64,000 bases of DNA from an uncultured Clostridia bacterium (GTDB taxonomy: Bacteria; Bacillota; Clostridia; TANB77; CAG-508): assembly GCA_944392665.1 (NCBI GenBank), contig CALXXJ010000004.1, positions 2,478 to 66,477 on the forward strand, written 5' to 3'. The first letter of the stretch is position 1, and every line of letters starts with the position of its first letter. Shown here in pieces: positions 9,574-19,318 of the stretch. The position numbers and the translations under genes are program-made. The notes below the pieces were generated by a model. It was given only the letters and a program-made list of their open reading frames with translations, was not told the origin of the DNA and made no database searches.

Positions 9574-9615
9574 AAATGTCGCATAAGGATCTGATCCCTA
9601 TGCGACATTTTTTTC
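9574..9615 (+). terminator. Second plus-strand hairpin and T-run, overlapping the 3' end of the convergent membrane-protein gene
   Basis: AAATGTCGCAT-A-AGGATC / GATCC-CT-ATGCGACATTT, then T7 (9609-9615). A third TGCGACAT copy lies at 9534-9541. Confidence 0.5.
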
Positions 9616-10200
9616 TAATTTATAAATAATAAAAGATAAAACAACGCCTAATGTAGCTGTAATTAATTGTGTTGTACTCATAGCTGTTTGTAAGTTTGAA
9701 ACTAATTTCTCTGGGAAAACACCAAAGGCATTTAAAATTCCAAAGAATGCAAATATAATAGCTACTTTTACAACAACACCTACTACTCCAGCTAAAAAGT
9801 AATGTTTATTTTTTCCTAACATGATAAATTTGTAAGCATAAACTAATGCAAAATTTCCTACCCATATTGCTGGTATCATATATACCATATATGTAGAAGC
9901 TGTTCCAAATACATACCCACTTAGTATTGTAGAAATACTTGGCATTGTTACAACTCCAAGAATTTTAGTCCAACCTTTTAAATTAATTGCTGTTGTGACT
10001 AAAGCCATATTAACAATTGTTCCAACAATTAATTGAGAATTACTTGCTATCACACTTGTTGATCCAAATAGACTTGTAATAAGCTGTCCTAAAAATGTTG
10101 GAACTAATAGGGCAATTAAAAATATAATAATTGTTTGTGCTATATCAGCACCTTTTGAAAATTGAGTTATTCTTTTATTAATAACACTTTCATTCTCCAT
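9598..10200 (-). CDS. Integral membrane protein (about 5-6 TM); possibly a small-molecule/vitamin uptake component
   Basis: 200 aa, Gly/Ala/Val-rich TM helices, AGGAGGAG upstream of the ATG. The functional suggestion is speculative. Confidence 0.5.
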   Translation of the reverse strand: MENESVINKRITQFSKGADIAQTIIIFLIALLVPTFLGQLITSLFGSTSVIASNSQLIVGTIVNMALVTTAINLKGWTKILGVVTMPSISTILSGYVFGTASTYMVYMIPAIWVGNFALVYAYKFIMLGKNKHYFLAGVVGVVVKVAIIFAFFGILNAFGVFPEKLVSNLQTAMSTTQLITATLGVVLSFIIYKLEKNVA

Positions 10201-10253
10201 TTTAAACTCCTCCTTTTATAGAAATAGAGCTTTAAAATAAGAATATATCTTTA

Positions 10254-10499
10254 CTATACATTAGAATAAATCACTTTACTTGTAATTCCAGAAAGTTTGC
10301 CTATTTTCCCTGATAAAGTGTTTATTTCATCTTGTGGCGCATCTACGATAATATTAATAATATTGATAGATTTTTTAGGATATGGCATACCCATTCTTCC
10401 AATAATCCATTTTGAATACTCATGTAGAATAGAATTTAGTTTATCTACTTCGTCCTTTTTTTCTAATATTATTCCTATTATGGCAACCCTTGTATCCAT
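10254..10499 (-). CDS. TM1266-family small ACT-like regulator (iron-only hydrogenase system regulator family)
   Basis: 81 aa. VAIIGIILEKKDEVDKLNSILHEYSKWIIGRMGMPYPKKSINIINIIVDAPQDEINTLSGKIGKLSGITSKVIYS matches my recollection of this family. No hyd maturase genes are nearby. Confidence 0.55.
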   Translation of the reverse strand: MDTRVAIIGIILEKKDEVDKLNSILHEYSKWIIGRMGMPYPKKSINIINIIVDAPQDEINTLSGKIGKLSGITSKVIYSNV

Positions 10500-10847
10500 G
10501 ATTTCCTCCTAAAATTATATTCATACTTCTACTTCAATAATATTTTAGTATCAGAAATTTTTAAATACTTTGCTATAAAGATATTCTTACTAGCTCAGTC
10601 TTTGTTATTATATCATATTCATGAATTTTTTCAATATTTTTATTTAATAGATTTTTTATTATTGAATTCCAATAGATTTATAGAAATCCAATAATATTTG
10701 TATTAAAATTGAATATTATTTCAACAGCTATATAGATTTTTTTTGACTCTTATAATATAATCTTAATATAAAATTACTGCGAGAAATTAATAACTTTTCA
10801 CAAAAAATGGTTCAAGTATTGCATTGATTAAGAGAAGAGGAAAGTAT

Positions 10848-11261
10848 ATGAAACAATTTAAAATACAAGAAGTAATATCAATTATTTGTAGTATAATAGG
10901 ATTAATTTTATCATCATATGGTTTATTAATGAGTTTACAAAGTATAGGTACAGATGGTTGGGGACAATTAGGAGTTATCTTTATAATACCCTCAACTATT
11001 GCTTTGACTGTAATAGTATTTGATTTTTTAATAACAGTTGGCAAAATTAAAGGTGGATTCATATATTCCTGTATTAATAGTATAATTAAGATTTGTATTA
11101 TAGGATGCATCATTCCAAGTATAATCTCTGATTATAAATATGAAATAAAATATGGAGTATCAAATTTAGATTTTGATTTAATTCTAATTGTTGCATTAAC
11201 AATAATTACAATTCCATCTATTTTAAATATGGTTAAATTAATTAAGTCAAAGAATAAGTGA
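10848..11261 (+). CDS. Small 4-TM membrane protein
   Basis: ATG at 10848 after AGAGGAAAG; the ORF-track start at 10824 is a TTG. A TTGACT..-10-like promoter lies at about 10744-10772. Confidence 0.55.
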   Translation: MKQFKIQEVISIICSIIGLILSSYGLLMSLQSIGTDGWGQLGVIFIIPSTIALTVIVFDFLITVGKIKGGFIYSCINSIIKICIIGCIIPSIISDYKYEIKYGVSNLDFDLILIVALTIITIPSILNMVKLIKSKNK

Positions 11262-11285
11262 ATATAACTTAAGGAGAATATAATA

Positions 11286-12059
11286 ATGAATATAACTAAT
11301 AGAACATTTTATGATGATAATGGTAATGTAATTAGTGAAGAAGAACATAAACAATTATTAAAAAAATTCCAAGATGATGTTGATGCTAAATATAACAGAA
11401 TTGTAAATTATTTAGTTGAACAAATAAATCAAAGATGTAGTAATGATAACCAAAAATTATGGATACTTTTTGATTATCTGACGGGAGAAAATATGCAATA
11501 TAATCTTATGGGTGTAACTCCTAGTGGAAGAATGGCACTAGATTATGGATACGAATTTCCTCCCTACAAGACTTTGAGAATACAACAAGGAACTAAATAT
11601 CCCGTTATTTTAAATCATTCTGGTGTATGCATTTCTTATGCAAAAACATTTGAAGATATTTGTAATCGATTCGGAATTCCATGCAAAGTTGTAACTGGTT
11701 TTACTGGTATGGAACACGCTTGGAATGTTGTTTCTAATCAAGGAGAATTAAAACATATTGATATTGCATATGCTATTATGAATAGAAATAAAGTTGATAA
11801 ATCAAATTATTTTTTAAAAACTTTTGATGAGTTAAAACAATTATGTGGAAATCGTTCTATTAATGAATCCTTAGATGATTTAAAAAAAGCATTATGTGGT
11901 AAAATTAGAATTATTAGTAGAACAGATCAACAACCAGAAAATAAAATAAAAATAATAAGTAGAAATGATGAAAATAGAATTGCTAATACTAGAGATAGTA
12001 AAATCAACATAATTGATCGTAGTGATATACAGCCAAAGAAATCTAGTCGGTCAAAATAG
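11286..12059 (+). CDS. Transglutaminase-like (Cys-His-Asp) domain protein with repetitive basic tail
   Basis: ..HSGVCISYAKTFEDICNRFGIPCKVVTGFTGMEHAWNVVSNQGELKHIDIAYA.. C-terminal IISR(T/N)D-type repeats. Contains the in-frame CGG at 12048. Confidence 0.6.
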   Translation: MNITNRTFYDDNGNVISEEEHKQLLKKFQDDVDAKYNRIVNYLVEQINQRCSNDNQKLWILFDYLTGENMQYNLMGVTPSGRMALDYGYEFPPYKTLRIQQGTKYPVILNHSGVCISYAKTFEDICNRFGIPCKVVTGFTGMEHAWNVVSNQGELKHIDIAYAIMNRNKVDKSNYFLKTFDELKQLCGNRSINESLDDLKKALCGKIRIISRTDQQPENKIKIISRNDENRIANTRDSKINIIDRSDIQPKKSSRSK

Positions 12060-12105
12060 TAAAGATGATCTTGAAAAATAATTAATGAATATTGTATACA
12101 AAAAA

Positions 12106-12146
12106 ACAACTTACGAACTCTTTATAAATCGTAAGTTGTTTTTTTA
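12106..12146. terminator. Bidirectional hairpin terminator (CDS on plus strand, tRNA-Gly on minus strand)
   Basis: ACAACTTACGA (12106-12116) / TCGTAAGTTGT (12129-12139), flanked by an A-run and a T-run. Confidence 0.8.
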
Positions 12147-12220
<74 letters not shown>

Positions 12221-12240
12221 ATTACTCTTGACATTTATAA

Positions 12241-12269
12241 ATTATACTGGTTTTTCTTCATTTTGTCAA
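12241..12269 (-). promoter_or_regulatory. Consensus sigma-A promoter for tRNA-Gly
   Basis: Minus strand reads TTGACA (12269-12264), 17 nt, TATAAT (12246-12241). The tRNA 5' end lies about 20 nt downstream. Confidence 0.85.
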
Positions 12270-12419
12270 TACTTTTTTTAAATTTTTCATTATATAACAA
12301 TGAATACCTCTATTTAAGCCAAAATCCTGATATTTAGCATTTTTTTATTTCTAATAAAAAATTCCGAATTAAAAGCTCTATTCTCACACTCATTAATGGT
12401 AGTAGAGCTTTTTATAGTA

Positions 12420-13865
12420 TTATTTATCATATATTTCAATATGATTAATTGTCGGATATTCATTATTGATTGTATTTTCATCTAGTCCTATCCAGAACAT
12501 GAATCCTTCTACCTCTTCTTTTAAGTTATATACTGTTACATCTCCCGAAGAAGTATGGATATTTAAGTCTGCATTTGCAATAGCTTTCAATTCAAACATA
12601 TCTATATTATCTTTTCTTTTCAAATATTGTGTAGAAGAATCCCCCATAATTAAAGTAATGATAACATAATTTCCCATGTTTTCAACATTTGTTATTTCCA
12701 CAGGATTACAACTTAAATTTCCTTCTTCGTAACAATATGCTAAATTTTTTATACATTCGTTTTTCCATTCTTCCCCTGAAATATTTCTTATAATTGTTTT
12801 TCCCTTGAAAGACTTAATATAATAATCTCCTATTTTTACATCGGAAATATCCATATTTTGTTCTGTCCTATAATTTACAAATTGATTTGTTGCTATATCT
12901 GCATTTACCCTATATGTATTTCCACTCTCTGGATCTTGAACAAGAATATAATTCTCTCCTACATCTGTAATATTTCCTTCTATAGAAATTTTTTCAGTTT
13001 TTAAAACATATATATATTGTCTATTATTATCATCTATTCCTAAAGTGATTTCAAATGTTCCTGTATCTCCACTTTTTAGAGTATTGATATAATCATCAAT
13101 CATACTGTTAATAGCTTTATTTTTTATTTCTTCAGAATTACTTTCTACATCATTTGAAAAATACAAATATAAACCTGTACTTTCTCCATTTTCTGTTGAG
13201 GAAGTTAAATAATTCTTGTAATCTGCTTTTATTTTTTCTAATAACTGTATAGCATCATCTTCACTAAGTTCATTTTCTGTATATTCTTCTAAATCTTTTA
13301 AATCTATATGATAATTTTTTATTTCTTCTGTTGTTACACTATCCCATTCTTGACCGCCATCATTTGTTACATAGGCATAATACCCTATATCATCTCTACT
13401 TTTTAATATAGCCTTTCCATTATCTTTATCTTCAAACTCTATGTTAGCTACCATATCTAAATAATCGCTTGTACCAATTACAACATCATTCCAATTTTTT
13501 CCTTTATCATCTGAATAAATAAGATGTGTTGCATATTTGAAATTTGGCAAAGTATTAACTACATCCCCCTCTTGGTCATATATTGTTGTTACTGTCTCAC
13601 TTTCTAAATAGAAAACCATTTTTTGATTATTTAATTGATATGTTCCCTCTTTATATTCTCCATTATTTGTTTCTTGTAAATGCTTTATCGTAAGTGAAAA
13701 ATCATAGGGTACTTCTATCCAATCTTTATTGTTTGTTGTTACATATAATTTATCATTTTCAAATTTATAGTCCATATTATCTTGTTTATTGTTTTGATAT
13801 ATCCTATATATACCTGCCATAATGCATAATATCATTATGGTTATTATGAATACTTTCTTTTTCAT
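12420..13865 (-). CDS. Membrane-anchored extracytoplasmic protein with BNR/Asp-box motifs
   Basis: N-terminal TM segment (FIITIMILCIMAGIY). Asp-boxes SDDKGKNW and TNDGGQEW. Shares an ENxK(L/I)YVTxxNxxxWxEV block with the 17664..18998 product. Confidence 0.6.
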   Translation of the reverse strand: MKKKVFIITIMILCIMAGIYRIYQNNKQDNMDYKFENDKLYVTTNNKDWIEVPYDFSLTIKHLQETNNGEYKEGTYQLNNQKMVFYLESETVTTIYDQEGDVVNTLPNFKYATHLIYSDDKGKNWNDVVIGTSDYLDMVANIEFEDKDNGKAILKSRDDIGYYAYVTNDGGQEWDSVTTEEIKNYHIDLKDLEEYTENELSEDDAIQLLEKIKADYKNYLTSSTENGESTGLYLYFSNDVESNSEEIKNKAINSMIDDYINTLKSGDTGTFEITLGIDDNNRQYIYVLKTEKISIEGNITDVGENYILVQDPESGNTYRVNADIATNQFVNYRTEQNMDISDVKIGDYYIKSFKGKTIIRNISGEEWKNECIKNLAYCYEEGNLSCNPVEITNVENMGNYVIITLIMGDSSTQYLKRKDNIDMFELKAIANADLNIHTSSGDVTVYNLKEEVEGFMFWIGLDENTINNEYPTINHIEIYDK

Positions 13866-13941
13866 AATATTGTCTCCTTCAAATTATATTTATTTATCAT
13901 TTCTTTTGTTGCAAACCCATTATGCATATTTACTTTTCATT

Positions 13942-15021
13942 TTATAACTCTATAAAAAATTCTATATATTCATTATCATTTTTAACATAAATCTTTCCTT
14001 GATGCAACTCTATAATTTGTTTGGTTATAGCAAGTCCTAATCCAGCTCCACCTGTGCTACTAGTTCTTGCATCATCTCCTCTATAAAACTTTTCAAATAG
14101 TTTATCCAATTTATATTGTGGAATCTTATCTCCTTTATTCCTAAACACAATAGATATTTTTCCTTCTTTTTCTTCTAACTGTATTTCTATTGTAGTATTT
14201 TCATAACTATAATTAATGGCATTTTTTAATAAATTATCAAAAGCCCTTGCTAGTTTATCACCATCTCCCACATACATTACTTTATCAACAGATTCTAAAT
14301 GACATTTTAGGTTTCTTTTTTCAAGCATAGGATAACATTCATCAATCACTTGCTTTAATAGATATACTAAATTCATTTCTTGTTTATTAATCGGCATATT
14401 TTGTAAATTATATCTTGTAATATCAAAAAATTGATTAGTTAAATCTTCTACTCTTAAAGCCTTCTCTAATGCAATTTTGATATACTTTTCTTGTAATTCT
14501 TTCGATATTTGTTTTTCATCTTTTAATAATGTTAAATACCCAATAATAGAAGTTAATGGTGTTTTCAAATCATGTGCCATATACACAATTAAGTCATTTT
14601 TCTTTTGCTCTGCTTCTCTTTCGTTCTTTTTGGTTAATATGTAATCATATTTGATTTCATTGATTTTATCTGAAAACTCGTTCATTTCACTTGGTAATTT
14701 AATGGTTTCATTATCTTCTTTTAATATCAAGTCTAATGCATTATATACTTCTTGCGTGCCATTTACATATTTTGATATAAATCGATAGATAACAACAACC
14801 ATAACAATACCAATGTATATGTATGTGACTATATTTCTGTTATTCACAATCCAATAATATAGCTCATAATTTAAACTCTCTACCATAATGGATATTCCAC
14901 TTTCAAAAAATAAGGCAACTATGAAATATACAACCATAGAAATAATATATGCGACAATCATATTTGCTACTAAAGATATGCTTAATCTAATTTTTCTTTT
15001 TGTTAAATCATTCATTTTCAA
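13942..15021 (-). CDS. Sensor histidine kinase, VanS/OmpR-partner type
   Basis: Two N-terminal TM segments. H-box MAHDLKTPLTSIIGYLTLL; N/G boxes (LLKNAINYS.., GGAGLGLAITKQI). Start is TTG at 15021 or ATG at 15015, overlapping the regulator stop. Confidence 0.85.
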   Translation of the reverse strand: MKMNDLTKRKIRLSISLVANMIVAYIISMVVYFIVALFFESGISIMVESLNYELYYWIVNNRNIVTYIYIGIVMVVVIYRFISKYVNGTQEVYNALDLILKEDNETIKLPSEMNEFSDKINEIKYDYILTKKNEREAEQKKNDLIVYMAHDLKTPLTSIIGYLTLLKDEKQISKELQEKYIKIALEKALRVEDLTNQFFDITRYNLQNMPINKQEMNLVYLLKQVIDECYPMLEKRNLKCHLESVDKVMYVGDGDKLARAFDNLLKNAINYSYENTTIEIQLEEKEGKISIVFRNKGDKIPQYKLDKLFEKFYRGDDARTSSTGGAGLGLAITKQIIELHQGKIYVKNDNEYIEFFIEL

Positions 15022-15698
15022 TTTTATATCCCACTCCCCATACCGTTTTTATAAATTTTGGATGTTTTGTATCTTCATTTAGTTTTTCTCTTATCCTTCT
15101 AATATGCACCATAACTGTATTATTACTGTCTAAATATTTTTCTTTCCATACCTTTTCAAATAATTCTTCTGAAGGAATCACTTTTCCTCTATTTTCTGCT
15201 AAGTATAACAATATTTCAAATTCCATTGGTGTTAAATCGATTTCTTTTTCATATAGTGAGCATTTGTGTTTATCTTTATCTATCACTAAACCATTGATTT
15301 CGATTATATTATTTGATGTATGTTCTCCATTATATAATGTGTATCTTCTTAATGCCGATTTTACTCTTGCCACCAACTCTAACGGATTGAAAGGTTTGGT
15401 AATATAGTCATCTGCTCCGAATAGTTAATCCTTTTATCTTATCATTGTCCTCTATTTTAGCCGTTAGCATAATGACAGGAAATTTAAGTCCTTTTTCACG
15501 AATATATCTACAAATTTCAAATCCATCTTTTCCTTCAATCATTACATCTAAAATAGCAACATCTATTTTTTTTGTATCTATACAATTGATTGCCTCTTCT
15601 GATTTATAAAATTTATATATCTGATAATTTTCATTTTGCAGATACAATTCTACTAAATCTGCAATTTCTTTTTCGTCATCTAATACTAAAATATTCAT
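15008..15698 (-). pseudogene. OmpR/VanR-family response regulator interrupted by a single +1 frame break at an in-frame CGG
   Basis: Receiver ORF (MNILVLDDEKE..DVAILDVMIEGKDG..MLTAKIEDNDKIKGLTI) runs into CGG AGC AGA TGA. Skipping the C at 15419 gives GADDYITKPFNPLELVARVKSALRR and the winged-helix ORF 15008..15376. 691 nt minus 1 gives 230 codons. Confidence 0.85.
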
Positions 15699-15931
15699 TT
15701 CTACAATTCCTTTCTCAAGGTTCAAATTATATGAAAAAATTATAATTTTGGCAACAAAATTTTGTTTTTTCTCTTTATCGCATTATACCATACATTCTCC
15801 CATTTTTATTCGTTTTTTACAAATGTAAGAAAATGTTAAGAATTTGTTAATTCTTTCTTAAAGTTCTTTTTGTATTTCTTTTATAAAATCTATATGAAAA
15901 CAAAACATTTTTATAGAAAGAAGGATATGAA

Positions 15932-16696
15932 ATGAAAAAAAGATTACATAAAAAACTAAATAAGAAAAGATTATTCCTATCTTTACTCTTATTATGTGTC
16001 ATTTTTTATTTATATATAAATTCTCAAGATATTTCTGTTGAAAGTACGAATTTTATTTCTTCTTTAAAAAACAATTCCGAATATGATGTTATCAAACAAG
16101 ATACCAATCGTAATTATGCTGGAATCGGTCAAGAAAAAGTAAAACATAAAGATGGATATTTTACTACATTTACCACAGAAGAAAATCATCAAAAAACATA
16201 TCTGGAATATAAACAAAATGGTGATTCTTCTTGGAGCAATAACACCTACTGGGGAGATACTATGGCTGAAAATGGTTGTGGTATAACTGTTATGTCTATT
16301 ATTTTAAGTGGTTATAATAAAAATTATACTCCTGAAGATTTACGACAAAAATATTATCCTGTTATGGATTATGAACAATTTCCAAGTGAATTAGCTTCTA
16401 CCTTTGGAATTGAAAATTCTGGTTTTTACTATGACTCCGATCATTTATCTAATACAGCTATTGAAGAACATTTACTTACCAATAGACCGATTATTGTTTG
16501 TGTTTGGAACCAACCACATAATAATCGTTGGACTACTGCTTCTCATTACATGGCTCTTCTTGCTACTGATGGAAATGGAATGGTTTATGTTTCTAATCCT
16601 AATGGATTAGAAAATGATAGCAAAAGTTCTGGTTGGTATGATATTAATGAGATTACCCCTTATCTTGCAAAAGCAATTTATATTGAAAAATATTGA
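15932..16696 (+). CDS. Secreted or membrane-anchored peptidase C39-like (papain-fold) domain protein
   Basis: N-terminal TM/signal segment. ..MAENGCGITVMSIILSGY.. (nucleophile Cys) and ..TTASHYMALLATDGNGMVYVSNPNG.. (His, Asn/Asp). Confidence 0.6.
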   Translation: MKKRLHKKLNKKRLFLSLLLLCVIFYLYINSQDISVESTNFISSLKNNSEYDVIKQDTNRNYAGIGQEKVKHKDGYFTTFTTEENHQKTYLEYKQNGDSSWSNNTYWGDTMAENGCGITVMSIILSGYNKNYTPEDLRQKYYPVMDYEQFPSELASTFGIENSGFYYDSDHLSNTAIEEHLLTNRPIIVCVWNQPHNNRWTTASHYMALLATDGNGMVYVSNPNGLENDSKSSGWYDINEITPYLAKAIYIEKY

Positions 16697-16761
16697 ATGC
16701 TTTTTTCCTTAATGATATAATTCTAATAAATATATGTTAAGTTGTAAGGGGATTTATTATT

Positions 16762-17034
16762 ATGAATAAATGGAAAATTATTAGAAATATTACTTTAGCT
16801 CTATTAGTATGTTTCATGATATTTGCAGGATATATCATAATAAATGGTTTTTTGGCTGGTAATTATTATGATGATATTTTTGGTGTTACCATATTTTACT
16901 GGTTTCAACATGTTTGGGTAGGTCTATGCCTTTACCTATATGTTTTTGGAATTCCTTTACTGATAGATATTATCATTCTTATTATTTCTATAATAAGGCT
17001 TAAAAAATTATCTAAAAGTGTCATAGAAAAATAA
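16762..17034 (+). CDS. Small 2-3 TM membrane protein
   Basis: 90-aa hydrophobic ORF; GGGGATTTATTATT precedes the ATG. Confidence 0.45.
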   Translation: MNKWKIIRNITLALLVCFMIFAGYIIINGFLAGNYYDDIFGVTIFYWFQHVWVGLCLYLYVFGIPLLIDIIILIISIIRLKKLSKSVIEK

Positions 17035-17191
17035 TATCGTAAATTTTATAATGCAAATTATCTTTTGAATAGATGATTTACAATTCTACTATAAGTAAAC
17101 TAATAGTCGAGAAAACTAAACTGATTATTGGTTTACTTCTTTTATGAAACATAGTAACATTGAATTATACGAAAACAAGGAGGTTATAAAA

Positions 17192-17587
17192 ATGAAAAGT
17201 ATAGGAGAAACAATTGCTTCTTTAAGAAAGCAAAAGGGTATGACACAAAATGAATTAGCTGAAAAAATGAATGTTACGGATAAAGCAGTTTCAAAGTGGG
17301 AGCGAGATTTATCTTGTCCAGATATTAATACTATTTCAAAATTAGCAGATATATTAGATGTATCTGTTGAGGAATTATTGAAAGCTAAAAAGAAAGAGAA
17401 TTCCAATACAAAAATGAAAGATTTAATAAATTTAATATTGAAAGCAGTTGCTTTAGCAATGGGAATCGCTGTTATAGTATTAAATATATTAAATCAAATA
17501 GATGTAAAATCATCTATCATTATGTTAGGAATTGGAATTGCTTGTATGGCTATTTATTTATTAGATAATAAAGAAAATACTAACTAA
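17192..17587 (+). CDS. XRE-family HTH regulator with C-terminal membrane anchor
   Basis: ATG at 17192 after AAGGAGG. GMTQNELAEKMNVTDKAVSKWERDLSCPDINTISKLADILDVSVEELL, then two TM helices. Confidence 0.8.
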   Translation: MKSIGETIASLRKQKGMTQNELAEKMNVTDKAVSKWERDLSCPDINTISKLADILDVSVEELLKAKKKENSNTKMKDLINLILKAVALAMGIAVIVLNILNQIDVKSSIIMLGIGIACMAIYLLDNKENTN

Positions 17588-17663
17588 TCCTATAAAAATA
17601 CTCATATCATAATACATAATTGAATCCCAGAAGTTACGATATCATAACCTCTGGGATTATATT

Positions 17664-18998
17664 TTATCCTTCCCATTCCTCTGGTTCAGGTATATATTCT
17701 TCTATAAAAGTCCATGTATCGCCCATATCATTTGATTTGTAAGCTGCTTTTGTTCCTCCATTATAATCCCCATCACTACCTTGTCCAACAACTAAAATCA
17801 ATTCATTATTTTCATTGATATATGGCATTTCTGGTGTATCATAGACATCCTGCCAATTCAAATTAAGTGTTGTGTCTTCTAAAGTTTGTGCTGGTATTTG
17901 TACTTCTGAAAAAGTTTTCATTCCATCTGTTGTTTTATATAAAGTAGCCTTCTCTCCTGCTGATACAGGATTTACCAAAAAACCTACATTTTCATCAAAC
18001 ATTTTAAACTGTGCACCGTCTCTGATAGAACCATTTTCATTAGGTCCATTGCCTACACTCGTCCAGGTCTCTCTCCCATCTTGTGTTTTTAATATTTCTA
18101 TAAATCTTTCTCCTCCTAGTGCAGCATCTACAACTTCTACTAAATATCCTGTATTTGCATTTAAAAATTGTAGATACATAGGATTTCCTTCACCCTTATA
18201 TTCTTTTAGTTCCCAAGTTTCTCCTTTATCTTTTGAATATATCATTTGATTATCCATATTCATAATGGCTGTTACTTCTTCAGAGATTGTATATAACTTA
18301 TCTATTAATTTGTATTTTTTAGAGCTATCTCTAAAATCTATCCCATTTGTTTCTACTTCTTTCCAAGTATTGCTATTATCATAGGTTACATATATTTTTT
18401 CATTTTCTATCTTATAAGTACATTGTTTCTCTTTATCCTCATAGTATTTTTTATTTTCAAATTGAAATTGTTGTTGTTCTGCTTCTGCTTGTCCACTTTC
18501 TTTGTACTGCTGTATTTGATATTCTACTGGTTTCATTCTAGCAGTTACAAAATATTTAGAAATTTGATTTTCTTCTCTTAATAAAAATTTCAAAACCCAT
18601 TGGCAAGAAAGTATATGATTTTCTTCATATATTCCCCATTCATTTTCTAGAAAATAATCGCTTTCCTTTTTAGCTGTTTTTAATTCAAAATCAATTTGCA
18701 CATATTGGTTTTCTTCTTCTAAAACTTCCACATTTTTAATTTCTATACTTTTTATTTTTTCCGTTCTTGGTACATATTTTTGCATATATTGTCCAACATA
18801 TTGATTGATCCAGTCAGTTGCAATTTTAGATAAATCTTGTTCTTCTGTTTCTATATAAAATGTTCTTTCTGATTTGATATCAATTTTACTTTGTTGATAA
18901 AAATAATAACCTATATAGCTACATATCATAACAGCTATTAATATCAATATGCAAAGAATAATTAATATTGCTTTTTTATGTTGTTTGATAAATTCCAT
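17664..18998 (-). CDS. Membrane-anchored BNR/Asp-box repeat (beta-propeller-like) protein
   Basis: N-terminal TM segment. Asp-boxes SKDKGETW, TQDGRETW, TTDGMKTF, SNDMGDTW. Confidence 0.65.
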   Translation of the reverse strand: MEFIKQHKKAILIILCILILIAVMICSYIGYYFYQQSKIDIKSERTFYIETEEQDLSKIATDWINQYVGQYMQKYVPRTEKIKSIEIKNVEVLEEENQYVQIDFELKTAKKESDYFLENEWGIYEENHILSCQWVLKFLLREENQISKYFVTARMKPVEYQIQQYKESGQAEAEQQQFQFENKKYYEDKEKQCTYKIENEKIYVTYDNSNTWKEVETNGIDFRDSSKKYKLIDKLYTISEEVTAIMNMDNQMIYSKDKGETWELKEYKGEGNPMYLQFLNANTGYLVEVVDAALGGERFIEILKTQDGRETWTSVGNGPNENGSIRDGAQFKMFDENVGFLVNPVSAGEKATLYKTTDGMKTFSEVQIPAQTLEDTTLNLNWQDVYDTPEMPYINENNELILVVGQGSDGDYNGGTKAAYKSNDMGDTWTFIEEYIPEPEEWEG

Positions 18999-19244
18999 TG
19001 TAACTCACATTCCTTCCTAAAACATAAATCATGAAGCTTAGCAACACCAAAATCGTAATTATTTTTCAACTTTTCCACTATGTTTTCTTTTCATATTATA
19101 TTATATCATATCACTTTTTTATTTTGAATGAACTTGATAAATTTTTATATATCAGCTTTTCAAAAAATAATTATGCTGAAATTGGGTATACTCGTTATAA
19201 ATCTAAATAGTATCAAATCATATGTGATTTTTATGTGTATTTTA

Positions 19245-19273
19245 TTGACAACTATCATCTGAAAAAATAAAAT
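19245..19273 (+). promoter_or_regulatory. Sigma-A promoter of the V-ATPase operon
   Basis: TTGACA (19245-19250), 17 nt, TAAAAT (19268-19273), about 45 nt upstream of the first ATG. Confidence 0.65.
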
Positions 19274-19318
19274 ATAGATGAAAATAAAAATTCATTCAAT
19301 ATATAAGAGGTGAATTAA

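Noticed and set aside
9376-9594. 72-aa ORF in the 9.3-9.6 kb gap
   Set aside because: It spans a consensus promoter and a strong terminator. It is Phe/Leu-rich with a TTG start and no RBS. Treated as non-coding (candidate sRNA region).
10500-10790. Possible riboswitch or T-box in the long leader of the TM1266-like gene
   Set aside because: The sequence is uniformly AT-rich. I could find no conserved stems, specifier or T-box motifs, or GC-rich structured core.
10787-11113. 108-aa minus-strand ORF overlapping the 10848..11261 gene
   Set aside because: The plus-strand frame has an RBS and an upstream promoter-like element, and runs into the next plus-strand gene. The minus-strand ORF has no start signals.
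13942-15725. Possible vancomycin-resistance (vanRS) locus
   Set aside because: The kinase and regulator resemble VanS/VanR only at family level. No vanH/A/X, vanY or ligase genes are nearby. The VanW-family gene at 57210 is 40 kb away and unlinked.
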